Origin: Paraglomus brasilianum
Taxonomy: Eukaryota
Assembly (NCBI GenBank): GCA_910592345.1
Contig: CAJVPI010000055.1
Location: 1-64,000, forward strand
DNA length: 64,000 nt
Reading direction: 5' to 3'
Under the pieces are notes generated by a model. The model worked only from the letters and a program-made list of their open reading frames with translations, was not told the DNA's origin and did not search any database. Shown in pieces: positions 25,569-37,279 of the stretch (its first letter is position 1; the number at the start of each line of letters is the position of its first letter). A program made the position numbers and the translations under genes.

Positions 25569-26174
25569 TGGTTAAAAATAAATCACTTGTTTGCATTCAT
25601 CTATGACTAGCATTAAGTGAAGCACTCTTTTAAAAGAACGTGGCTCCAAACTACCTATAAAACCCTGAAACATCACAGTCTGTCGTTTGCATTTATGTCT
25701 GACAAGACGGGAAAAAAGCAGTTTAGGGTTTACATTCTTGAATAATTTATAGCTTTTTGTGCCACTTTCGTCAAATACTCACTGATGGTTTGGATAGATA
25801 ATGACAATTTCACTTATTTCGGACATTCGGCATTTTACCAAATTACTTAAATTGCACTAAGTACGAACTATATAAAGTTACTTTCCATATGACTTCCATT
25901 CTACCCTGTAATGGGATCTTTCGCGCTTCGTTAGGAGATTTTCCCTAATTTAATTTAATATTGATTCAATTTCCGACAAGACTGTATGGAAACCATTGTG
26001 GTATGATAATTTATTAGGAATATTCTTTTTCCATTAGGTCTGCAGTGTTAACAGATATCAGCATTTTTGTGATTTCTTTCAGCTAGAATATAAAGGATTG
26101 TTCATAACTTGCCCTTGTCAAAAATCGGCATTGACAAGCGACGGGCCAACCTTGCCAAAAATCTCGAAACAAAA

Positions 26175-27575
26175 ATGAGAAGGAGCCGACGATTTTCTCA
26201 AGCAAACGAAGAAATCAAAACAGTGTTGATAACTGGTGCAAACGGTTTTATCGCCAGTCATCTTATCGAACAACTTCTTACAACAACCACCTACAATGTC
26301 CGTGCTTCGGTACGCAACATTCAAGATACATCCAAAGTTGCCCACTTGGTTACCTTTCCTAATGCTCGACGACGGCTGCGATTATTTGAAGCAGACATTC
26401 TAAACGAAGGTGCATTCGACAATGCCATGAAAGACGTCCAAGTTGTTTTCCACGCAGCCGCTCCGTATTTCCTGACGTCTGATAACCCTTATCGAGATCT
26501 CGTTGAGCCGTCAGAGACTGGCACGTTCAATGTGTTGACATCAGCAACAAAGAGTGAACATGTGCACACCGTAGTGCTGACATCGTCGATGCGTACCATT
26601 GCCGACAGACCACGAGAGAAAGAGTATACCGAAGACGATTGGAATAATGACAGCAATTTGAAAAGCAATCCTTACTTTTATTCAAAAGTAAAGGCAGAGA
26701 AATCTGCTTGGGATTTCTATGAGAGGTCAACTAGACTTATGGGAGTTGCTCCGTTTAGACTTGTATCTATTAACCCTGCTATGGTTATTGTGAGTATATA
26801 AGTACACGTATATGTATAGGCCTTTGAATGCCATGTTTATTACTCGATGCATTGTGAATATTGTACTTACCCATATTTCGTATGCCTGCAATGACAGGGC
26901 CCTTCTCATACCAAGAGAATGAATCAAAGCTCAAAGGTATTATTCGAAATAATTAAAGGAGAAATCCCGGCACAAGTCAATTTAAGTTTTTGGCTTGTTG
27001 ACGTGAGAGATGGTAATTAATGCTTTCCCTATTTGATTGAATCAATGTAGAGATTAGTTATCGACTATTTTTCTAATTAATTTTTATGGCGCTCCTGTCT
27101 TTTAGTTGTAAAGGCTCACATTCTAGCGGCGCAGAACCCCCACGCATCTGGTCGTTATATTTGTGCTTCCAAAACTCTCGATATGGCCGAAATCATCAGT
27201 ATACTTAAACAACGCTTTCCTGATTACAAGTATCCCTGGTCATTGACTCTTCCAAATGTCGCAGCTAAAATAGTCTCTACTATGCGTGACCCGGCTGGCT
27301 ATGTTTCTTATGTGAAGACCAACGTTGGGAAAGGGGCGTATAAATTCAACAACAGTAAAATTCGAAATGAACTTGGACTCGAGTTCCGAGCTATAGAAGA
27401 GTCGTTATGGGACCAGGCAGCTGATTTTATTAGATGGGGACATATGCGTGACAAGCTTTCTAATGATTGGGTCTATAAGGCGCCGGCCGCTATTAAGGAC
27501 GCTGACGTTGCTAGGGCATATGGATGGGGATTTAATAGTTTCGTGGATGACAATTCTGACAGAGACATTGGATAA
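26175..27575 (+). CDS. Extended SDR, NAD(P)H-dependent reductase (GRE2/dihydroflavonol-reductase-like), 3 exons; start uncertain
   Basis: VLITGANGFIASH Rossmann motif, VFHAAAP, VVLTSS, catalytic YFYSK, INPAMVI/GP, VDVRD/VVKAHI, GRYI. Confidence 0.9.
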
Positions 27576-27922
27576 GGATTGGAAGATAGAATAAGATATT
27601 CTAATGATAGATACCCTAAAAAAGGTTCTAAAACCATTACTTCATTATTATCTAATCTAGTTGTTATATAGATAATTACCGTAAATGCTAATTTAATTGT
27701 GATATCGTTTATTAAATGCAAAGTTAGGAAACATTTCTTTTTTTTTTTCTTCTTTTTGATCTTGATTAGATGACGGAAACATGGAATAAGGAGTAACGCT
27801 GATTGATTTGATGCAATGCTTGAGAAATATATTGCAACGAGGGCAATATATATCAAACGAAAAACTAAAAGCAATTAATTATTAGCCTAATTAGATATTA
27901 ATCCTGATAAAAACTCGTGACG

Positions 27923-29535
27923 TCAAATCATATCTTCTGGTGTACGTTCTTCCTCTGCTGAAGGCGTGAACCGTTCCAATAATTCTACCAATACTTCACT
28001 GGACATGGGATATATTCCAGGGTTGTTCCTAAACGCCTTATACGTCACCGTCTTTATCACTTGCTGCCAATGTTCAATGGCATATTTCATAACCTCTTCC
28101 TTCAAATCTGGCCATTTCCAAGAGAAGTTGAATAGAATTTCAGTCACACTGTTGGGAGAAATCTCTTGCAAGATTTTGACTTTTGCTCGTTGGCGAAGAT
28201 CCGCTATTAGATATTTATCAGCTATGTCGAAGAGGTCCATGCAAGTTTGATGAGAATCTTTACGTTTCAAAAATGTTATTTGATCTTCACAAACGATAGG
28301 AGGAAAGTTGGTAAAAAAAAAATTGTGTTAGGTTAGAAGAAAACATTAATGAAATCGTTCTTATCCCATCTTACGCTAAGCCGTCCCTCTATCGAGTTAT
28401 TACTGTGGTTCTAAACCCGTGGCACTAGAACGCTTCTATGCTCTAACTCACCTGTGTAGAGAAATCTCAACATCTCCAGAAACGTTAGATGATGGTAATC
28501 TGGTATATCGATCTCAAATTGGTACGCAGAGGTCTTTCCATTTGCTGTCACTACGTCGCTCATAGGTGTTGCCGTATTTCCCTTGCTTTCCAAACTTTTA
28601 TCATTGTGTTCTCTCGACGATCTTGTCGGATATCTTCTGATGCTCTTTTGTCTGTTCTCTGACCATTCTCCCCCAAAGAACTTTTGAAAATATTCTGATC
28701 GTTTTGAGAGAATGGCAGAATCAGCGTATATCACATGGTCATTGACATTGAACTGAACGTCCGCACATTCGGGGACGTTGAGTTTCTCCAACCAGGCTTC
28801 GGAGAGATCTTTTGGAAAGGCTTTTGAAGGAAGGGTGGAGACATGCGGTTGTAAAGATACTTCTCCTGATGTAAATTCGACTCCAAAAATTACTTCACCA
28901 TGAGATGGAAGATCTGTTGAATTACAAAAATCCTTCCAGCCTGAACAAGAAACGGAAGCATATTTAATTGATGGGACGCAACAAAGAAAGGTAGGGATGG
29001 AGATGTGAGGGTAAGCGAATGGAGGTCGAACGCGTGTCAGTCAATCGGCCCCGTATGAATAGTAAAGGAACTGATGAGTATTTGGGCCAAGGAATAGGTA
29101 GTAATAAAGATCAGTCGACGTTTTCGCACCATATCCTCTTCGTGTAGCAGTGAATCCGTTCAGATCGGCCTCGCCATAGTCAATACGTTTGAGGGTTCTT
29201 GGGTCCTTCACGAATATTACAGCCGAGAGCGTACCACGCTTTGTCCATACTCCTGACTCGTGTTCTTCTTCGGGGTTGGGTATTGCTCTCAGACCTAATG
29301 AACAGTATTTAGGATGATCAGGTGCGGACTGGATGTATGGGAACTGTTAGGATGCGATACGGTAGGCGAGAAGAGGAATTGATCGAGATTTGAGAAGGTA
29401 ACTAGTTACCCTGTTAAAGACTAACTGCCAGTACATATCACCCGAGGTTGCAAACGGCGGGCTGTAAATATCGCCATGGAGTTTTGAAATGTTGTATAAA
29501 GTGAACTCGAATAGACACTTGCTCTTTTGTGACAT
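27923..29535 (-). CDS. MATH-like plus BTB (SPOP-like) protein, 4 exons
   Basis: FEFTLYNISKL...YSPPFATSGDMYWQLVF, RRGY/GWKDFC (MATH-like); ADVQFNVNDHVIYADSAILSKRSEYFQKFFGGEWSE, TFLEMLRFLYT, DLFDIADKYLIADLRQRA (BTB). Confidence 0.87.
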
Positions 29536-31423
29536 GAACACTCGATAATACTGTATAATGGACAGTCGGTAGTAGGGACTTGTTCAAATATATACACGTG
29601 TTCATTATGCACCTTTTCTGGAACGTGAATGAAAACTGATCCACTCCCCCAAAGAATATTTATTCTCTTGCGTACATGATGGTTACATTAGACATACTAC
29701 TGATGAAGAAGTGGCTAATTATTTGACTAAGTCAAGAGTCAAAGACATTTATTTTCTAGCGAGGACATCATGTCATGTCGGAATAAATATTCTCAGAGTT
29801 ACACTGTTATGACTATTAGCAACACTAACAGCGTATCAATTACCGTGAGAGAGCATACTACCAATATTGAGCTCTATGTCATGTCTAATGGCATTCTTGC
29901 TGAAATAATCCTGGGTTACTACGTAGATTACCTCTAATTCTCGTCCTATATTATACGGTCGGTTATAAATAGCAAATTTGTTACGCATATCTCGAGAAAA
30001 TTCTTCACGGTCGCGACACTCTTTTTGCGTTAACATGGGGATTTAGCATTGCATCTCTTAATTTTGCGTTTTCTGCGTTTTCTTTTGTAGATTGCTCTGA
30101 TTCCACAATTCTGGCTATAAAACCTGCTTCCTTAGCTGAGAATTCAGCCTTTTTCTTTTAAGTTTCATCTACTATCCTATAATCCTAGTTGTAAGCCTGG
30201 TTCAATTAGGCTTGTCTCTTTAATATTGCATGTTCAATAATGCCAGCCATTGCTAATAAAGATCACATGCGGGTTATTTTTCGTAACGCCGGTGCCAAGA
30301 AAAAATTCTCAATTATACGCAGGTTAGTGGATGTCGGTATCAATATACTGAATAAGTCCCGAATTACAAAAGCAAAATTGAGTCACAGAACCAGCTTTAT
30401 TGATACAGATACAAATAAAGGTATACTACAGATAGGAAAATAAAAATAAACCAAGTCAATTTTTTGGGGTTTTTTTGGCTAAAGATTAATATTAATTCTA
30501 TCAATTGATTTAATAAGCTCTAACCCACATTCAAATGTGAAATAAAAAGTAACGTAATTATCGTTTTCGTTTTTTCACGTCTTTTCTATTCTTTCCTTTC
30601 TTTGGTGTTTCCTTACTTTTATCCTCGCATCACTAGAGTATTTCAAATTACGTTGTCCTGACATATTAATATGAAAAATCTTTTTTCGAAAACATCTCTG
30701 TTACCCATACGTACCATGTTATTCACACGCATCGTTTTTAAGGCTGCAGTTCAATAAAGTGGCGGTATCCATGTTGTTCATGCATTTTCATATGTGCAAC
30801 ATAGATACCACTACTTCATCGCACCTTAATTACAGTAACTATTTTAAATTTCATATGATTTTTTTTAAAAGTACAATCAATTAGCTTCAAAACAGTATAA
30901 AAAATATTGTAACTCACGTAGTACGTATGGGCAACAGAGATGTTCGGAAAAGGGTTTTTTTTCATATGTTTTACTAATTGATCAATGAAAATTGCCAATA
31001 CTTTTGCTAGGTGAGTGTACACTTCCATCGTCGCACCACTACACCTTTAGCGTTCAATCGTAGGTGTAAACAAATAAAGAACGCAAAACTCCATCGTCGC
31101 ACCACTCTTTTTCGTTTTTAGTCTTTATCATCCATTCCCTTCTTTGGCACATCCTCATTTTTATCATCACATCACTAGATCTCTTTTGCGCCTTTGTTAT
31201 TAATTCCCAAGTCAATCTCTAGTACTAGTGCATATTGGGTTATTTCATTAATCCATCAATAAATTATTAATAAACCCTGCTATAACCTTTGTACCGATAC
31301 ATCAACTAATAAATGTGTAACAATTGGGGAAGATGTCAAGCATTCTGATAATCGATATTTTGCATATCACTCATATAGGGCGTGCAGCAACAAAACCTGA
31401 CAAAGTGAATTTAGGGATTTACA

Positions 31424-31530
31424 AATATAAATCAGGTTTTAACTACGGTCAAACCTGGCTATAACAAATTCGACGGGACCAGAGAAAATATTCCTTATAA
31501 CCAGAAATTCCTTATAACCAAGGGCACTTT
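31424..31530. mobile_element. Solitary pogo/Tigger-type terminus (half MITE)
   Basis: TA-cggtcaaacctggctataac...gacgggacc plus repeated ttccttataacca; partner end not found. Confidence 0.45.
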
Positions 31531-31562
31531 TATAGCGAAGATTATAATTAGGTTCATTATAC

Positions 31563-32378
31563 ACAGTGAAAGTCGATATAACTAACGGACCGTCGATATA
31601 ACAGATTTTGCCTTATACGGACTTTTTTGCTGGAACGGAATTTTTACTAAGTATTATAGCGGACTTTTATATTAATATTAATATTAAACAGTGATATAAC
31701 GGATTTGCCCGAACACATTTACTGTTACTTAACGGATTTTGTGTAACAAAGTCCGTTCAATTAAAGATTATTTTCCCATTTTCTGCTACACGTATCTAAC
31801 AAATTATAATGTCGACTTATGGTCCTATCAATTTAAATAATAAACAAAAAAAAATGCTTCTCAGCAAAGTGATGTAAACAAACAAACTCGGGGCGTTATC
31901 GATAAGTAACAATATGTGTCGGTTTTGATTTTTCATAGTTTGATTTAATTGTTTTACAAAGGCGGACCAAATGGAACGTTGAATCCACGCTTTCTTGTGC
32001 CAGTAATAAAAGACTGGGGGGGTCAACTTTCGAATATTCTTTAATGCTCGTGGATTTTTGTAGCGATAGATAAAAGTCGATTTAATTTTTTCACCCAATG
32101 CACTACAAGTAAGCAATACCGTCACACGTTCTCTGTTCCAACAACTACTCCTATGTCCTGCTTGGTTCTAAAAGCCAGAAAAGTGCCGTCTCGTCACAGT
32201 TAAATACGTTCCTCAACTCATAATTTTTAATGACATCTTGTAATCGGCTTCTAAACTCGGGAAATTTTTCGAGAAGTGGACTATCCCCTTCACCCGCTCT
32301 CAAGTATTCTCTGACATTGTACCTTTTTTTAAATCCGTCAAACCACTCGGAAGATGCAGTAAATTTATTTATTTGCAA
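31563..32378 (-). mobile_element. Decayed, truncated pogo/Tigger DDE_1 transposon
   Basis: FTASSEWFDGFKKRYNV, VFNCDETALFWLLEPSRT, VTVLLTCSALGEK, KAWIQRSIW, RHILLLIDNAPS; CAGTGAAAGTCGATATAAC terminus near 31563. Confidence 0.85.
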
Positions 32379-32538
32379 GTGACTTCAGACGGGATGATAA
32401 TCATTTTGTTTGCGATACCGAAATCTAATATTATAAGAATCATTGGCAAAATTTCGTATTCCGTATTAAAAACAATCTACGCAGAAATGAATATATAGGC
32501 TCCCAAGGGAACTTTTCTCCAAATACCTTGCATTTAGA

Positions 32539-32847
32539 ATGGAAGTGGGATATTTTGTATATATGCATAAAAAAAATCGTGCAGCAACTAATATCCAGCG
32601 AACATTCTGTCTATGGAAAAAACGCATCAATGCAGTTAACGTGATTGAGAATGTAGTAATTGCATGGCTTTACCGACCAGGTGGCACACGTATAAAACAT
32701 GCCCAAGATCGGGTTTATTATAATGCAGTTGCGCAGATCGCTGATAAACTTTGCCAAGGGGTTTTGCAAGGATTGAAAAAACAAGATTGCTACCGACGAA
32801 ATTTTGAAAACGGTTTAAAAGTCACACTCAAAGAATATGAGAAATGA
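32539..32847 (+). pseudogene. Short intronless ORF with IQ-like motif, probably repeat- or virus-derived
   Basis: AATNIQRTFCLWKKR...IAWLYRPGG; lies inside the TE-relic cluster. Confidence 0.35.
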
Positions 32848-33251
32848 GATTGGGTCATTGTCGATGAAGTCCAAGACATTCAGACGAATCACTCCAACAA
32901 CTGCGATCTTTGACTAAGCATTCAACATGCTGGAGATCCGAGACAATAAACATTTATGAAGCTATGCGATAAGGATTATTATTATACCAACGATTGGTAG
33001 AAACTGAGAGGCAAAGCCCGCCGTGCGGCCGAGGCTTCGCTTCTCTTTCTTACAAACATACTAATATAGTAAATATGTTTAAATTAAAAATCGCTCAATG
33101 ATGCTGAGCAGTATTACCAAATAGTTTATGTATCTTATTCATAATTTTAGACCAATTAAGAACGTATTGCCATTATCGATGTCATAATAATATTTATTAA
33201 GACGAATTTAAAAATGCGGAATTAAATATATTGTTATAATAAAACATCACA

Positions 33252-33750
33252 ATGATAACTTTATTCTGCGAAATTAATAAAGTACCAGTAACAGTTATAC
33301 TAGATTCCGGTGCTAATTGCAATATTATAGGTGAGGGGGTAGTAAATGACGTAGGCTTGAAAATCGATGACACCTGCGATGTAGAAACATATAATCCCAT
33401 TAGCAAGGTCGATGTGTTGGGAATAATTCGTGGAATAGAGATTTCGATCCTGTCTCAAGGCCCTAAATGGAAGCAAGTAAAAGTTACTGATATTTTTGTT
33501 TCTAATAAACCGCAATTTAAATTTGTACTGGTATTGGGTCAGCCATGGTTTCAGGAAAATGCGATGAAAGTGGATTTTCCAAATAAAACCCTTACATTAC
33601 TTGATGAGACTAATATACCACATTAGTTATTGGACCAGGAACTCTGCCACCCACACAACTTAACCAGGCCATAGATAATTATTTCAAGATGATAAAGGTA
33701 TATGCTACAGTATTAGGTGTCGATTTAGATAATCAAGATCTTAAAGGGAC
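33252..33750 (+). pseudogene. Retropepsin-like aspartic protease ORF with a frameshifted tail
   Basis: CEINKVPVTVILDSGANCNIIG catalytic DSG and LVLGQPWF; coding-like sequence continues in another frame after 33620 (LVIGPGTLPPTQLNQAIDNYFKMIKVYATV); no gag, RT or integrase adjacent. Confidence 0.75.
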
Positions 33751-34251
33751 TTTCTTTAATGGCCTATTACGAGAAAATAAAAAAGAAGTAGTTCGATACG
33801 GGTTACAAATCCTCTGAATAAAATAGTTGAGCACTTAAATAAAATCTCATCCGGCCACCATACAAGCAGGTTAGACAAATTTAGAAAGAGTTGCCGATCA
33901 GAGAGCTGGGGTCGTAGTTCAGGAGGAATATACGTCATCACCTACGCCGCCGTAAGGCTTTACATCCAGCAAAGAGATCCAACTCGTGAACCTGAGTTGG
34001 CTCCCAACCAATTCCTACATGAAACGAAAATGTATTATCGTAACCAATTGTTTTGTATAGGTTTTTCAAAAATAGTTTTCTCGAGAACGGCAATATGGAT
34101 TTTTGTGATCTTTTTCTCTTCATTCATTCCTCGAACCGCTGATAAGTCAGCTGATTGTTGAAATCTAACCCCTTTTCAGCACCCCCATGTAGTTGGGTGG
34201 CCTATTTTTGACATGATGATGTACTCAATCTGTTTACTTTGTACCTAAACA

Positions 34252-35375
34252 TGGCAGCTACAGAAGTTAATGGTGCAAAGACCTTCGTCGCTTGAGCATA
34301 GCAACTGTTATTATGGTTTCGAACAGCACAAATAGTTCTCATTGTTTGCAGCAGGTACTATTTCCTTTTCTTCAAGTCAAATTTTTAAAGCAAATAGTAT
34401 TAAGTGTAAATGGATTAGCAGCAAAATTACAAGAAAAAAGACTCAAGCGCTGCCATGCGATCCAAGACAAGTTTCCGGCTTGATAAGGATAAGGTATTTA
34501 AATCATATTTAAAAATAAGGAAATAAGAAAAAGAGATGGTTAATAACTTTTATTTTGAAGATACGTGCTAAAATTGAACAAGAGTTGAAGGGAAAAGATA
34601 GTCTTGTAAATATTAATTTCCCCGCTGAAGATCTTCGTGACATTGGCGTACGTCAAGCTATTCATGACGCCTTTAAAGCTGAAAGAATCGGGGATAGCTT
34701 ATTTATCAAGGTAAAATTTATTTAGAATACATATCTCTCACATAAAGTATTTTCTCAATGGTTTTTACATTATTCAGTGTGATGGTGGAGGCAAGGAGGA
34801 AATTCATTGCAGGATTTGAAATTCCCTTGAGAGCCAAAATCAAAGTTGGTGGGTCTGTCCCAATTCTGTATGTGTAGTCAACAATAGAGACCTACGATCT
34901 GATGTGGGTGTGTGGTTCCAACAACCATCTCATGACGAAAGATTCAGGCCTATTATCCATCCATGTCCACCTCCTAATGTGTGGATTAAGGTAATGTATC
35001 GATTTCTGTTTGAAAAATATAATTAGTGTTGTTTGACAAGTTATTGAATATTTGCAGGTATGCTTCAATAACGCCAAAGACCGAAATTATATGCTGAATA
35101 AGATTAATTGGCTTCAGCAAAATACAACTGGCATTGAATTTGTAGCAATAATCATTCCTTCTGGAATAATTCCTTCCAATCCTAATCCTCAAATATCCAC
35201 AACTCATGCAACTATTGAACAAACACGACCTACAAGAGCTCCATACATTTGTCATAGTCATTGGGATGCAAATAATTATGAAAACTGGTACAAAATGGAT
35301 TGGAACCAACATATTACTCTTAGATGTGGTTTAATGATAGACTTTAATATTGTGCTTACTGAGCTGTCGTACTAG
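34252..35375 (+). pseudogene. Intron-containing Uma2-like PD-(D/E)xK nuclease-fold pseudogene
   Basis: WWVCPNSVCVVNNRDLRSDVGVWFQQPS...CPPPNVWIK / VCFNNAKDRNYMLNKI; GT-AG introns retained; 5' exons carry stops and frameshifts. Confidence 0.55.
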
Positions 35376-35644
35376 TTGCTATTCATCTTGTGCACTGCAT
35401 ATTTAGTGAATATGATTACAATTAAATGCTAGAATACAATAAAATTACGTTTATTGTTTGCTTATTGCTTTGATTTTTCGTAAAATTTTACTTTATAGCA
35501 CTTTTCAAAATAGTACAATCATTGTCAAAAAAAATTTGAAAAAAAAAATTGAAAAAAGAAAACATCGTCAGCCAATAGAATTGGTGTATATCACGTGTTA
35601 CAAAATTAACGTGCCTAATATGAAAAAGCAATAAATTTTTTAGA

Positions 35645-36350
35645 GTTAGGTTGCAATTGTGGTTGTTCAAAAAAAGATGCCTAGAGAAAAGTTTGCCGAA
35701 TTACGTGAAGCTCGCTAGATCTGAACAAGACATATTTTTAATGGCCCAGCTGAAAGCAATGAATGGTGGAAAAATAACTGCCAGTCGACGTCTTAAAAGA
35801 AAACGCGTACTAATAAGAGGACTTTTTATTATTGGGATAACAATACAGCTCTTTGTCACTTAACATATTCGGAATTGGCCGCACGCACTTCGAAAACGTC
35901 AGAAATCACCTAGCGACGAATGGTATAATACCGCGTGTTCATGGTAACATAAAACGAATGCCGCGATGGAAGACCAAAATAACCATTGATATAACCATTG
36001 CTACCGCCGTGAAGAATTTCTCGAAAACTATGTTGAAATTTATGGACTACCAAGTCCTGGTAGAAATGTCAACCGCATTACTCAATCGCTTACACTATTG
36101 CCAGCTGAAACAAGTTATAAGTCAGTCTATCGCGATTTTATTGCAGGTCTTGAAAACGATAGCACATTGAAATTATTAAAATATGACGCATTCCGCAAGT
36201 TGTGGCATCAATTAACGCCTTATATTCAAATCATGAATCCAAGAACGGATTTACGTGACACGTGCCAACATTTTCGGAACGGCTTACAATACAATGCTCG
36301 CAAAGAAGAAGCGAAAGACTTATTCAAAGAACATCTAGTTAATCAATAAA
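35645..36350 (+). mobile_element. Decayed DNA-transposase fragment, possibly Sola-like
   Basis: CNCGCSKK, EQDIFLMAQL, PRVHGN, LPAETSYKSVYRDF, FRKLWHQLTPYIQIMNPRTDLRDTCQHF spread over frameshifted ORFs. Confidence 0.6.
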
Positions 36351-37279
36351 AACGGACGTGTATTTATAATTGAAAACAATGAAGAAAATTTCCCGCATCT
36401 TTTAATAAAATTTCCTAAATTAGAATTGATATATTCATTTGAATAATTGCAAATTGCTTTTTATAAAACAAATGATTTTGATACAAATAAATTATTATTG
36501 ACTGCCCGCGCGAGAGATTCTAGCGTAGGCAATATGACATAAAGGGATCAGAAAAAGATGGAGTGGGCGTGAAAAAGACATTGTGGATCGCAGGGATGAG
36601 GCAAGGACGTAAATAAGTTTAGAGAGGAAGTTAGAAATAGGAAGAGGAAATGCGTATGAGAGTGGCTGAGAAGGAATGAAGAGGTGCAATAAGGCCAGAT
36701 TTACTGAAAACAATATCAGATAGTAAGCAGTTTAGTAAGCTCAATTTAAGTATCAACGCGTTGTAATCAATCTCTCTATTTACTTTGAATAGGATGCACG
36801 TATAGAGAATATGGTGAAGAGGTCTGAAGCGAACGCATAAAAACCCCATAAAAAAAACAAACAAAAAAACCCCCTTTCAGGAAATGATTTACAAGAAAGA
36901 GAGCTTTTTTGTTTCAAAATAAATACATCAAGTATTCGCATAAGCAAGAATTAGTATTGCTGGTGATGTCACATTTTTACTACGCCTCATTCACTTACTA
37001 TTAAATGCTATTTTTGTGCTCCGGATGGATTGAATCGATCAAAAATAGTCAACTATAATCAATCAATTGGCGTAGCTATGTTACATAACTAAGGCTCCAT
37101 CAAGCAATGCTCGGAGAAAAATCCCCCGTGGAAACTGAGGGAGTTTGCTTGTTGAAAAAAATGTCGATGCGAGCACAATCAGGTGATCGACATCGAATTA
37201 GTTGAGAATTTTGCCAGGGGTTTACGACGCAATTTTTTAAAGTAGATTTTTAGCATCACTGCAAATTCTTCTGTTAATC

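Noticed and set aside
30560..31190. Two diverged ~70-bp similar segments and a repeated ccatcgtcgcaccact
   Set aside because: Too degenerate to assign; probably old repeat debris
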